Source: Chiloscyllium plagiosum (lineage: Eukaryota). Taken from it: a stretch of 64,000 nt of DNA. Below, piece after piece: positions 27,113 through 40,439 of this stretch. The stretch is taken from the NCBI RefSeq assembly GCF_004010195.1, contig NC_057728.1, positions 44,914,286 to 44,978,285 of the forward strand, in the 5' to 3' direction. The position numbers and the translations under genes were made by a program. The notes below the pieces were generated by a model. The model saw only the letters and a list, made by a program, of their open reading frames with translations, searched no databases and was not told the origin of the DNA. How positions within the stretch are numbered: the stretch's first letter is position 1; every line of letters begins with the position of its first letter.

Positions 27113-30100
27113 TGGGTCAAGGATGTCACCGATCGGCTGCAAAGCATTCTGAAAGGGTAGGGTGAACAGCCAGTTGTTGTGCATATCGGCATCAATGATA
27201 TAAGTAAAAAATGAGATGAAGTCCTGAAAGCAGAATTCAGGGAGCTAGGAGAGAAGTCAAAGAGGAGGACCTCAAAGGTAGCGATCTCAGGATTGCTACT
27301 AGTGCCATGTGCTAGCCAGGATAGAAATGAAAAATAGGCAGGATGATCACGTGGTTTGAGGGATAGTGTAGGAGGGAGGGGTTCAGATTTGCAGGACATT
27401 GGGATCGGTTCTGAAAAAATTGGGACTATTACAAATTGGATGGTCTGCACCTGAACCAGACTGGAACTAATGTCCTTGGGGGAGTTTTTGCTACTGCTGT
27501 TGGGGAGGTTTTAAATTAATGTGGCAGGGGGCTGGGAACCAGAAGAGAAAACAAGTCAACAGCAAGGTGGAAACTGAAGACTGTAAGAATCATGAAGATA
27601 ATATTAATAAGGGGAAGAATAGGCAGAGAGCAGATGAATGCAAAAGAACTGGTGGCCTGAAGTGCATATACTTTAATGCAAGGAGTATAGTGGGTAAGGC
27701 AGATGAACTTAGGGCTTGGATTGGTGCCAAGGAGTATGACGTTATTACAATCACAGAGACTTAGTTGAAGGAAGGGCATGATTGGCAACTAAATGCTCCA
27801 GGATATAGATGCTTCAGACAGGACAGGGAGGGAAGTAAAAGAGGGGGAGGAGTTGCATTGCTGGTCAGGGATGATATCACAGCTGTGCTAAAGGAGGACA
27901 CTATGGAGGGCTTGAGCAGTGAGGCATTATGGATAGAGCTGAGGAGTAAGAAGGGTGCAGTTACATTGTTGGGGCTGTATTAAGGCCTCCCAACAGTCAG
28001 GGTGAGGTAGAAGAAAAATAGGTAAACAGATTATGGAAAGACGTAGAGGTAATAGGGTGGTGATGATGGAAGATTTTAATTTTACTAACATCGACTGGGA
28101 TTAACTTAGTATCAGAGGTCAGGATGGGGCAGAATTTGTAAGGAGCGTCCAGGAAAGATTTCTAGAGCAGTATGTCAATAGTCTGATGAGGAAAGGAGCC
28201 ATATTGAACGAGCCAGATCAAATGTTAGAAGTTGCAGTGGGGGATTTCTTTGGGAATAGTGACCACAATTCTGTAAGTTTTAGATAAAGATGAGAGTGGT
28301 TCTAAGGGAAGAGTATTAAACTGGGCCAAGGCCAATTATATCAAAATTCAGCAGGAGCTGGGAAATGTGGATTGGGAGCAGCTATTTGAAGGGAAGTCCA
28401 CATTTGATATGTGGGAGGCTTTCAAAGATAGGTTGAAGATAGTGCATGTTGGCATGTCCCTTTGAAAACAAGAGTTAGGAAAGGCAAAATTCGTGAACCG
28501 TGGATGACAGGAGAAATTGTGCGACTAGCCAAGAGGAAAGAGGAAGCATACATAAGGTCCAGGTAGCTAAGAACAGAACAGGCCTTGGATGAATATCGGG
28601 AGAATAGGACCAATCTTCAACGAGGAATCAAGCCGGCTAAAAGGTGTCAGGAAATAACTTTAGTGAGCAGAATTAAGGAGACTATCAAGGCCTTTTATTC
28701 ATATATAAGAAGCAAGAGGGTAACTAGAGAAAGGGTTGGACCACTAAAGGGTAAGGAAGGAAGGTTGTATGTCGAACCTGAGAAAATGGGTGAGATTCTT
28801 AATGACTACTTTGCATTAGTGTTCACTCAGGACAGGGACATGATCAATGTTGAGATTAGAAACAGAAGCTTGTTTACTTTGGATCACGTTGACATAAGGA
28901 AGGAAGATATGTTGGGTAGGCTAAGGATATTAAGGTGGACAAATCCCCAGGACCAGATGGGATCTATCTCAGGTTGCTGAGGGAGGTGAGAGAGGAAATA
29001 GCTGGGGCTCTGAAGATATCTTTATAGCATCCTTAATCACTGATGAAGTGTCAGAAGACTGGAGGGTTGCTAATTTTGTCCCCCTGTAAAAGAAGGGTAG
29101 TAGGGATATTCCAGGTGACTAAAGACCAGTGAGCCTGATGTTAGTGGTGGGAAAGTTGCTGGGTACTGAGGAATAAAATCTATTTATATTTGGAAAAGAA
29201 TGGGCTTTTCACTGTTGGTTTTGTGCAGTGGAGATTGTGCCTCACTAACTTAATAGAGTTCTTTGAGGAAGTGACCAAGTTGATAGATGAAGGAAGGGCT
29301 GTAGATGTCATGTACATGGATTTTAGTAAGGTGTTTCTTAAGGTTCTCCATGGTAAACTTATGAAGAAAATGAAGTCACATGGTGTGCAGAGGTTCTCGC
29401 TCAGTGGCTAAAGAACTGGTTGAGCAACAGGAGACAGAGTAGTATTGAAGAGAATTTCTCGAAATGGAGAATGGTGACCAGTGGTGTTCCACAGGGGTCA
29501 GTGCTGGGGCCACTGCTGTTTGTGATATACATAAATGATCTGGAAAAGGGCATTGTTGGTCTGATCTGTAAATTTGCAGATGACACGAAGATTGGTGGAG
29601 TAGCAGAAAGCATAGGGGACTGTCAGAGAATACAAGAGAATATAGGTAGACTGGAGAGTTGGACGGAAAAGTGGCAGATGGAGTTCAATCTAGGCAAATG
29701 TGAGGCGATGCATTTTGGGAAGTCTAATTCTAGAGCAAATTATACTGTAAATGGAAGAACCTTGGGAAAAGTTGATGAGCAGATAGATCTGGGAATTCAG
29801 GTTCATTGTACCCTGAAGGTAGCTGCATTTGTGAATAGAGTGGTCAAGAAGGAATATGATATGCTTGCCTTCATCTAAAAAGGTATTGAGTATAAGAGCT
29901 GGCAGGTCATGTTAAAATTGTACAAGACTTTGGTTTGGCTGAATTTAGAATACTATGTACGGTTCTGGTCGTCACAATACTAAAGGGATGTGAACGCTTT
30001 AGAGAGGGTGCAGAGAAGGTTTACGAGGATGTTACCTGGTATGGAAGGTGCTAATTATGAAGTGAGGTTGAGTAGTTTAGGATTGTTTTCATTGAAAAAA

Positions 30101-30470
30101 AGATTGACAGGGGAACCTGATTAAGGTCTACAAAATCTTGAAAGTTATAGACAGGGTGGATAGAGATAAGCTTTTTCACAGGATGAGGGATTCAATAACG
30201 AGAGGTCATGCGTTCAAGGTGAGACGTGAATTACTTAAGGGGGATACGCACGGAAAGTACTTCACACAGAGGGTGGGACACCTGGAAGTTGTTGCTAGCA
30301 GAAGCAGGCACAATAGATTCATTTAAGGTGCGTCTGGATAGATGCTTGAATAGATGGGGAGCAGAGGGATACAGATGCTTAGGATTTGGGTGATATGTTT
30401 AGACAGTGGATTTGGATTGGCTCAGTCTTGGAGGGCTTGTCCCTGGGCTGTAAATTTTCTTTATTCTTTG
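27113..30470 (+). mobile_element. Near-full-length CR1 LINE: ORF1 SGNH esterase C-terminal half plus ORF2 (APE endonuclease + RT), disabled
   Basis: VKDVTDRLQSILKG..PVVVVHIGINDI (ORF1); LKCIYFNARSIVGKADEL..ITET, DFNF and SDHN (EN); [11 protein letters not shown] and KFADDTK (RT); many stops. Confidence 0.95.
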
Positions 30471-31111
30471 CTCTCACACTACTCCCAAATATAAATCCCA
30501 TACTTACCAATGGGTTCAACCTCAAATAAGCATTCCTGAGGCATCAGTGTGACATTTCTGTTCACTGCTCCAGGTTTTTTTAATGACTCCTCAGTGTGAA
30601 ATTGCTCAATCACTGTCCAAATATGAGAAATGTGGTGTTGATTCACACCTAGTGAGGAGGAGGTTAAGACGCTGCCAACTTACAAAAACAATGTAAGGGA
30701 AATTAATTTCATCCCACCAATTTGGAATGTAAACCCAAAAGGTGGGTGAGCAGTATGTTTATTCAATGCATCATCGAGCAATTTCAGGTGTTATTAAGAA
30801 AAGCCAGGGGATTACATTTTCACCATCTCATGATCATTACTGCAGGAAGAATAGAGTCACTTCCTAGATCAAGCACTTCTGTCCAATGTATTTATATCCA
30901 CTGAGCGCTCAAAATGTGTAAGCCATTCCATGTAACGTAACAACATAGACCAACTACGATTTAATAACTGGTTATAAGCTGTACTGCAGGCACTTCAAAC
31001 TGTTGATGAATTAGGATATTACACATTTTTTTCCTAAAGATTTCTATTTATTAAAAAATTATATGCTGTAGCTTTCATATATGACATAGTAGTCCATTTT
31101 GTTTTCAAGTA

Positions 31112-32077
31112 GAGAGCCACAGAGTCATAGAGATGTACAGCATGGAAAAAAACCCTTTGGTCCAACCAGTCCATGCCAACCAGATATCCCAACCCAATCT
31201 AGTCCAACCTGCCAGCAACCGGCCCATTTTCCTCCAAACCCTTCCTATTCACATACCCATCGAAATACCTCTTAAATGTTGCAATTGTACCAGCCTCCAC
31301 CACTTCCTCTGGCAGCTCATTCCATACACGTACCACCCTCTGCATGAAAATGTTGCCCCTTAGGTCTCTTTTATATCTTTCCCAACTCACCCTAAACCTA
31401 TGCCCTCTGTTCTGGACTCCCCTACTCCAGGGAAAAGACTTTGCCTATTTACCCTATCCATGCCCCTTATAATTTTGTAAATCGCTATAAGGTCACTCCT
31501 CAGCCTCCAACGCTCCAGGGAAAACAGCCCCAGCCTGTTCAGCCTCTCCCTGTAGCTCAGATCCTCCAACACTGGCAACATCCTTGTAAATCTTTTCTGA
31601 ACCCTTTCAAGTTTCACAACATCTTTCCGATAGGAAGGAAACCAGAATTGCATGCAATGTTCCAACAGTGGCCTAACCAGTGTCCTGTACAGCTGCAACA
31701 TGACCTCCCAACTCCCATACTCGATACTCTGACCATTGGAGGAAAGCATACCAAACGCCTTCTTCACAATCCTATCTACCTGTGATTCCACTTTCAAGGA
31801 GCTATAAACCTGCACTCCAAGGTCTCTTTGTTCAGCAACACTCCCTAGGACCTTACCATTAAGTGTATAAGTCCTGTGACAAAAAGTAGAGGACCCAGCA
31901 CCAGTCCTTATGGCACTCCACTGGTCACAGGCCTCCAGTCTGAAAAACTACCCTCCACCACCACCCTCTGTCTTCTACCTTTGAGCCAGTTCTGTATCCA
32001 AATGGCTAGTTCTCCCTGTATTCCATGAGATCTGACCTTGCTAATCAGTCTGCCCTGGGGAACCTTGTCGAACGCTT
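31112..32077 (-). mobile_element. CR1 LINE 3' fragment with an internal deletion at ~31876
   Basis: ORFs 31908-32120 (AFDKVPQGRL..SGVP), 31387-31815 and 31199-31390; tail agagtcatagag. Confidence 0.95.
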
Positions 32078-33402
32078 TAATCTCTATGGTACTTTGAACT
32101 CTGTTTACGAAGAGCTGCATATTTCAGTTATAAAATGACCACTTTCTTGCCAGCAAAATATATTAGATATTTTTGCATTTGAGCGGTTTTAATTCTTCTT
32201 CATAACAAATTATTTTCTCAGTTAAAACATAGCGGTATCAATATTTCACAAGAGTGGGCAAACAAGTATTTTAATTTAATGATAAAATTTACATGAGTGT
32301 ACCAAATATTTTAAAATTGATACCTAATAGCTATTTTCTCCTAATATTTGCTAGTTTTCCACAACACCTCCTGGTTGCAGAACCTTCCAAAATGCTCAAT
32401 AGTACGTTTATTCCATTTGTTGATTGGAGAAGTGTGTTTTTCTTTTCTCCTTCCTTCCTCCCCCCCGCCATGCACCTTCATTTGGCAGCATTTCACTGAA
32501 CAACATCTGCCACAAATCTCAAGATTTGCTGTGCAGTAAAACTCTATTTATACACGATGGTGAAATTTAAATCTCATGCATTACAGAAGTCTGATTGTGA
32601 TGCAGGTTTGAAGTCAAATGCAGTGTTTTAGCTGCTCTGTAATTTTATCCACTTCATAGTCAGTATTTGACTTACAAAAAGCAAGTTTCTGTAAAAATAA
32701 AGTTTCTGGTTGAAATTGCATGATTACTTTGCAAGCAGTATAGGTATGTACTCATAGGTTAAATGACTAACTGATTGAAATCTGATTAATGGGAGCAACA
32801 TCACAAGAACGCTGACAAATACACGTTACAACATATGGTTAACATGCATATTGCTTTGAAAGTATAAATATGCCTTGATAAAAGACATGTACAGTTGGCA
32901 CAGGACACAAGCTGAAGTGTTTCCATGATGATTTTAATGATCAAGTCAATATCACTGTTAGTGAGCAACCAGCGATTTGTATAGTAAGGTATTCTGTACT
33001 CTTTCTTAAATTTGTAAAAATTTGATCAGTTACCATAGAGATTAAAGCGTTCATAATTGGTAAAGAATTAACCATTCTGTGCCTAATAAATTGGATTAAA
33101 ATAATTTTTAAAAACTCAGTCAAATGGTATAAATCAAACTGTTTGAATTTTTGTGAAAATTTAAAAGAAAAACAAGCAAATCAAAGCTAACACTATGTGC
33201 TTTATGATTTGACAGATCAATGCTGGACATTAAAATGAATTCACTGACCAGAAACAGACCATTTGGCCAGCAGGTTTAAAAAAAACCTCTCACATTCTGC
33301 TTAATCTAACCCTATTAGCATATCTTTCTATTCCAATCCACCTCATACTTATTTAACTACCTTTGAAAGTATCCATTCTGTTCACCTCAACTATCCCATA
33401 CT

Positions 33403-34048
33403 GTTAAAAATAACACAACACCAGGTTATAGTCCAACAGGTTTTATTTGGAAGCACTTGCTTTTTCAGTGCTGAAAACTAGTACTTCCAAAAAAACTTGA
33501 ATTAGAATTAGAATTCCTACAGTGTGGAAACAGGCCCATTATCCCAACAAGTCCACACCGACCCTTCGAAGAGTATCCCACTCAGACCCATTACCCTTAC
33601 CTATTACTCTACATTTCCCCCTGACTAATGCACCTAACCTACATAATCCTGAATACTATGGGCAATTTAGAATGGCCCATTCACCTAACTTACACATCTT
33701 TGGATTGTGGGAGGAAACCGGAGCAACACACGCAGACATAGGGAGAATGTGCAAAATTCACACAGTTGCCCAAGGCAGGAATCCAACCTGGATCCCTAGC
33801 ACTGTGAAGCAGCAGTGCTAACCACTGAGCCACTATGCTGTCCCTGTTATCAAGGACCTCTAAAACCACAACAGAATACAGAAAGCACTCTCTTATGAGG
33901 ATACCTCACAAATTGGTTTGCACATATAAAGTAGTTTCTAATAAATCCAGCAAGGAGATTTTGGATTAAAACCTTGTTGAACTTTAACCTGGTGTTCTAT
34001 GATTTTTAACTTTGTCCACCCCAGTCCAACACCGGCTCCTCCATATCA
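33403..34048. mobile_element. Penelope pLTR-derived fold-back element split by an HE1 SINE (33499-33845, minus)
   Basis: Left arm gttaaaaataacacaacaccaggttatagtccaacagg pairs with right arm ccttgttgaactttaacctggtgttctatgatttttaac; SINE head and tail lie between them. Confidence 0.8.
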
Positions 34049-36399
34049 TATTGCAGCAGGATGCATACCAGAATCTCTGGGCAAAGAAATTTACCATGAA
34101 CTCCTTACTGGATTTATTAGAAACTACTTTATATGTACAAACCAATTTGTGAGGAATCCTCAAGAGAAGGTATGTTCTGTACCCTGTTGTGGTTTTAGAG
34201 GCCCTTGTTAAATTACCATTCTCCTTTACATGATATCTGTAGCACAGAAACAAGCTATTCTGTGCATTAGATCCATGTCAGTGATTATGCTGCACATGAA
34301 CCAAAAAGATGAAGAATAGAGACTCATAGTTAATTCAGTATTTCCAATTATAGGGTTCAGGGGTACATAGATTCAGAAATTGCTTTTGAAACAAAATATT
34401 TTCTATGATGGCTCTACAGCTCATAATGAATTTTGAATGTATTTCATATACAAAACAAATTGGGAAATGATTTCTCTCTCCCAAATGCCTTACCACAACA
34501 GGAGTTCTAGTATCTAGATCTTTCTCTCCACAGATGCCTCCAGAACTGAGTTTCTCCAGAATTTTTGTTTTAGTTTGTATCAGAGTTCCACTATCTGCAG
34601 TTCTTTGTTTTATTTTGATGACCAATCTATTACAACAATGAAACCTGGGGCCTTTGCAGGTTGTAGTATTAGGCAGTAATATAGGTAGAGTACATTCAGT
34701 TCCTCCACTATGGATGGAAGGCGGACTGACTAATAGGGTCATTAAATATCTGAGTGAGTGTGTGCTGCACTCAAACTCTTTCCACCCAATCACACTATCT
34801 GCCAACTCTCAAATCCATCCAAAGAGTTTGATAATACATTTTGGGAAGGGAAAAAAATGAATTTTATTCTTGATTTAAATGATTTTAGAACACAAATGGT
34901 TAGCAGCTAAAATTGCATAGACAACTTTCAAATATTTGCTAATAATGCGTGATTGAAGCCCTTGAAAATTATTATATGCAATTATTCAGAAAATAAATAT
35001 AAATATGACCTTGGATATAATAAAAACAATTTCCAATTCTACTGTTTAATATATTCTTCCCAATTACTTTATTTCATCTATGGATGATGGTCTTTTATCT
35101 TTCTCCATTCAAAATGAATGGAGAAGAAATGATTAAAGATAGATAATGGTTTTGTTTGATTTATTATCGGTCTTTCAACGTGGTCAAGTACAAGTGAAAT
35201 ATCAGCTTTTTGGAACAATGTGGGCTTTTATAACAAAATTGGGTCATTTACTCCATATCCTGAGTTTTAATACAATCTAAGCATTAGAGTACTCTACATT
35301 TTAGTAGTTGACCTGATCTTGCATAATGTGACTACATAATAACAGTAATTATTGCCATTTTGCACATTAACATTCCCAGTGCTTTTATTCAGAACAACTC
35401 ATCATAATTGTTAATGTAAATGCAAATATGTAACATAATCTGTATTCTTTGTTGTGTACTCAAGTTTTAAAGAACTCAGATTTAGTTGTGTTCTTCTCAA
35501 TCTACAGATATCACTGAGAACTTTATGTCATGAATAAGACATAAAATAATGTACAGGTAAGGCTCTGAGCAAATATCCTGTTGTGGTTTATGATAGAAAC
35601 ACTTAGAAACTCCAATACTTAGTATTCAGGGCAATTCTGTTTCAACATATTCACTCAAATCCTTTAAACAATGGATTTAATCCAAAATTTAGAATAAACT
35701 GGTTTTATTCTGAAACATTGTATTTGCATCCTTAGTTGAGGGTCCTTTTCAATATATTGCTCATATTCCAGTGTGGAACAAAAAAATTTTTCATTTTATT
35801 GTCTGTGCCGAATGACCGTGTAAAATTCAAGTCACGACTTTCTTCTGCACAATATTCATCAGAGACTCGTATAGAATGTGCTTGAGATGAGTCATGACAT
35901 TTCATTCACTATAGAATAAGTCAAAATCTGAGACATATGTTTCTTTCAATCCTCCCTGATATTTGCTAATAACATCCTTACTGGAACAACAAAGATTTTG
36001 GAAATTGGATTCACACTGTGTTCTACTTTCTGGGCATTGTGATGAAAAATTTTAATTTCATGAATTGTATGTTGTAGGAATATTACTGTTAGCTTGGAGA
36101 AAGTAAAGTAGGTGAAAAAACCTGGGTTTGAGAAACTGGTAAAAACCCCTAAGGTAATTACCATTCAAAGACTGGTCCTTGTTTAGTTAATGGATTTGGC
36201 TTCAAAGTATGAAAAAGCCTTAAACCAAAGAAAGGTTTGAAAGCAATGGATAAAAAAGGAAAGCTCTGCATGTAGCTATACAGTTTTCAAATCAAATGAT
36301 AGGTTTTAAATCTCTAACTGGGAAGAATGTCACTATAGGCATAGATAACAGTCTTATCTTTTGAGTTTATGTGTGTGTATTCTCAGAAGTCACCATGGA

Positions 36400-37625
36400 A
36401 GAGTGTGAGAAGACAGTTATGTCCCTTTCGACAGTGAGAACAAGGGTCGTAGAGGCTATTGTGAACCAGGAGCATTCCTGATCTCAGTTCACTAGGCAGG
36501 AATTGTAGATGGGGTCTGTTCTCAGAATGAAAATTACAAAGTATGATGATTTAATATGGTCATAGCTGCAAAGAAGAATTTGCTGGTAGAGTCCTCACTG
36601 AGGGAGAGAATGCTCTTTGACATCTCCAAATGGGAAATTAAGGAGAGTCAAAAATAATTACTGAGAGCTTTTCCACACTTGCTTGGTCTCAGAAGATGTG
36701 AAAGAACCTTTAATATCCAATAAGGTACAAAAAACTCTTCGATGAAACGCCAATGGAGAAGGAACTTTCATTCCCAGTACAACTTATGTTTGGAAGGCGA
36801 GTGCCAACACCAATGGATTGTCTAAGGATTTAAAAAGAAAGGGCATTCTTCTTCAAAACCAGAAGAGAATGAAAGAGGTACACGATGAGTTAGCTGATAG
36901 TGAACTCCCAAAACTATGCATAGGAGCATATGAAGTTGAACCTTCTCAAAACAGAAAGTATAAATTAGAAATACAAGTACTTAGATACCAACAAAGGGTT
37001 TCAAAACATGTTACCAACCAAAATCATAAAAAGTCATTAATGCTCATGGTGCACTACAGAGGAGCAGTAGCCAGCACTAACTGATGTACAGCTCACCAAT
37101 CATGTGCAAGGAGAGCGAGGAAGAACACTCCAACCACAGAAATTGTGTGATGATGTTGACTGATAGCAAGAGGCAGCAACACAACCAAGTTGTCAAACTA
37201 ATGCAACTAACAATGCATATGTCTCTAGACAGATATAAAATCACCAGGTAGTTGTGTGTCAAATCTCCGAAGCAATACAATGAAATTTGAAGTGTTAATC
37301 TTGTAAAGTTTGTTTCACCTGTTTGTTTAATTATTGAATGGATAACACATACCTTTGTGAAATCTGGATATGCAATCGTATCTGGATGATTTTATATCTT
37401 TGGAAAAAGGGATTGTTGATATGTCTCATGGTGAGTATGTCAGTATACTTATGATATCCTCACTGAATCATGGCATGTGAATGGAAGATATAAAGGCCAC
37501 ATACTCCATCTTATTTTGGGGCCACTTGAGGCATGTTATTCAAGTGGAACCATGAGGCTCTGATATATTCTATCTTTTGTGTATAATAGATAACAGTAAT
37601 GTCTGTTGAATTCTTGAATACCACA
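36400..37625 (+). mobile_element. Gypsy-type LTR retrotransposon fossil: integrase C-terminus, polypurine tract and probable 3' LTR
   Basis: ETPMEKELSFPVQLMFGRRVPTP (36744) and QNQKRMKEVHD...ELPKLCIG resemble TP....SPAELLFGR.LRT..Q.KQK.YYD..LP.L..G; ggaaaaaggga at 37402-37412, then TG...tataaa (37489)...CA. Confidence 0.6.
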
Positions 37626-39659
37626 ATATCCATTCCCAGTTTCTTATGGTAAAACACCCTACTAGAGGCCATTTCCCCCAATACCCACTCTTCCTTCAAG
37701 GAAATGTCTCCTTCCAGGTCACAGCCCATCCCTGATATGCTTACATTTCAATGTGAGAATCTAGGAACTGGGAAGCATTGTCTCCCTGAACATGTCATGG
37801 AATGTGATTGGCAAACAAGAATTTTAGTTTCCACTTTAGTCCCTTGTTCCCATGATACTTGTTTAGCTTGCATAACAATGAGGCAATTAAGTGTGCACAA
37901 TGTAATGCTCATGATTACTTAAGTCCATCATTTGTATTCTGCATTCTTGGACAATAAGTGACCTGTTGATGGAATGCAAATTGAAGGCAGATGGGTGGCA
38001 TTATTTAGTCAATGGCAGTATGATTTAATGAAATTGTCCCTAGTAGGGCCTCAAAATTAAAAATGCTTCCTCTTTCCCCAAAGAAAAGAATTGTAACTTA
38101 CCATGGCCAACCTCCTGTACAGTAATCAGCTGAGGCTCTTGACTAACTGTGGCAGCACACCCATTAGCCCAGTAAGGATTAGTCTCCTTTTACTTTTATA
38201 CCCCTATTTCCATGAAATGTGAATCCTTTTTTAAGTTGGTTGGATCATGTATATATGTGTGTGTGTATACGTACACACATTGTACTGCTACAGTTATTTT
38301 AATTAACTGGTTCAGACATGCTATGAGACATTTTGAACCTGGACCTTCTCACCCAGAGATAAGGATACTACCACTGTCCCACAAAACTCTCTATTTGCTA
38401 TATACAGTATTATATCTCCTGTCAGGCTAATAAATGAGCTTCAACTTCACATCTGCTTTAATTTTCCAGTTTATGGCTCTGTAGAAACCACATGAAATTC
38501 AAAGATTTGATAACCTTTGCCAAATGTTTTCATTATTTTTATCATCAAATCAGTGTGTATTTCTCTCCAAAGACATACTATATTTGTCAGCTTTGCCTAG
38601 AATGACATAAATCTCCTAAATCTTTTCACTGCATTTCAAAGAATACCTGCAAGTAAGTGGAGGTAGTCAGATTTCAAGTTTAGATTAAATATTCTCATTT
38701 TTGTGCTATCAGCAAATCATTTTATGGAAGTCCTGACATGTCCTATTAGATTAATCAACACTGAGTTAATATATTACTACATCCTCCATTTAGTAAGTCT
38801 TCATGTTCACAGTGCTTGATGATGATCCTAGCACCAACAGAAGCCTTACTTCTGCTTATAATGACTGTAGTACTACTCAGCTCCAGTAGCTTCCCTCTTC
38901 CAGTTTGCTACCAACAGCAGCATTATGGAAGAATGAAGTATTACGTGTTCATGGACATTGTTTGGAACTACTGTAATATGGCTGATTACAGTGAGGTCCT
39001 CATGGCACATGACTACAACCAGCCAGGAAACGCATTAGTACAATTTCCCCCCAACCACTTAGGCACAGTCTGCTACCTATTTGTGACAAGAACACTTAAA
39101 ACTGGTTCTAAAACTTCCCCTCATGAATTAGTATTATTGTTTCAGCCAAAACAAAATAATAATTTGACATCTAAATCAAATCATTGAACTGTTAGATTTA
39201 TTATGACTAGTCATATGAATTGTATGAATGGATTTATGCTTGGACACAACTGCCTCTCCAAACGTTAACGCTTTGGGTCAATAGTGATCAGGACACTTGT
39301 GCCTCTATTCCAACCTTACAGTTGTCCACTCCCTTGTTAGTCCATTCACCACAGTCATGATGCCATGAGTTGTGTAATTGTAACTCAGGATAGGATTTTC
39401 ACCCTAAAATGTACACCTGTGTACGTTGTGGTTGTCCTCTTCATGGAGGTGCCAGTGGAAGCTCTGTCCGAGGCTGTTGCATCAACACCAAAGTAAGGGC
39501 AATTAAGTTGGTGATCCCTGCTGCACACCTGATCCCTTAGTCTGAAGGGCTAAGGAGATTGATAAATGAGGAACACCTTCATCATTGATGGTGATTGCTT
39601 CAGATCTTTGATGATGCTCTGGATTGTTACTGGGGTCCACAAGGAGTGGATTGGATGGG

Positions 39660-40000
39660 CCATAAGACCATGAGACACAGGAACAAAATTAGACCATTTG
39701 GCCCATTGAGTCTGCTCTGCTATTTGGTCATAGCTGATATGTTTCTCAACCCATTCTTCTGCCTTCTCCCCATAATCCTTATTCATCAAGAACCCATCAA
39801 TTCTGTCTTAAATACACTCAATGAGGTGGCCTCCACAGCCTTCTACAGAATGAGTTCCAGAAATTCACCACCCTCTGGCTGAAGAAATTCCTCCTCATCT
39901 CAGTTCTGAATGGTCATCCCTCCATTCTGAACCCGTGCCCTCAAGTCCTAGTTTCTCCTACTAGTGGAAACATCTTCTCCATGTCCATCCTATCCAAGAA
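39660..40000 (-). mobile_element. CR1 3' end
   Basis: (cataagac)n tail and a reverse-complement RNFFSQRVV region. Confidence 0.85.
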
Positions 40001-40439
40001 TCTCAGGCTTCTGTATCTTTATGCTGTTAGCATTACTGACCATCCTATGCCTGAGAGCATTTCAGTGCACTGTTTCTGTATCTCCTCAGGACTCCCTACA
40101 AGGCTGGCTACTCTCTCAGAGATTGTACTCATGTTTTCCAAACCCTAGGCCATGGTAGTGCACACGAATTAAATGAATTTCTCCATTCTCAGTTCATGAC
40201 TCTACACTGCATCAGGGAGATCTGACAACTTGGTAAACACTTCACACACTTGGTCACAGTATCACTGCTTGGCCTGTGACTCATTTCTGTGTTATTTGTC
40301 AATAGAAAGATACAGATGTCATACCTCTTTCCTTGATTGGGTCTAAGGGCCAATTTGATTTACAGATGCTGAAGAACATCCACTCATAGGTTTTAACATT
40401 AAGATGATGTCACCTTAAGAAGATAAGTAAAAGAAATAA

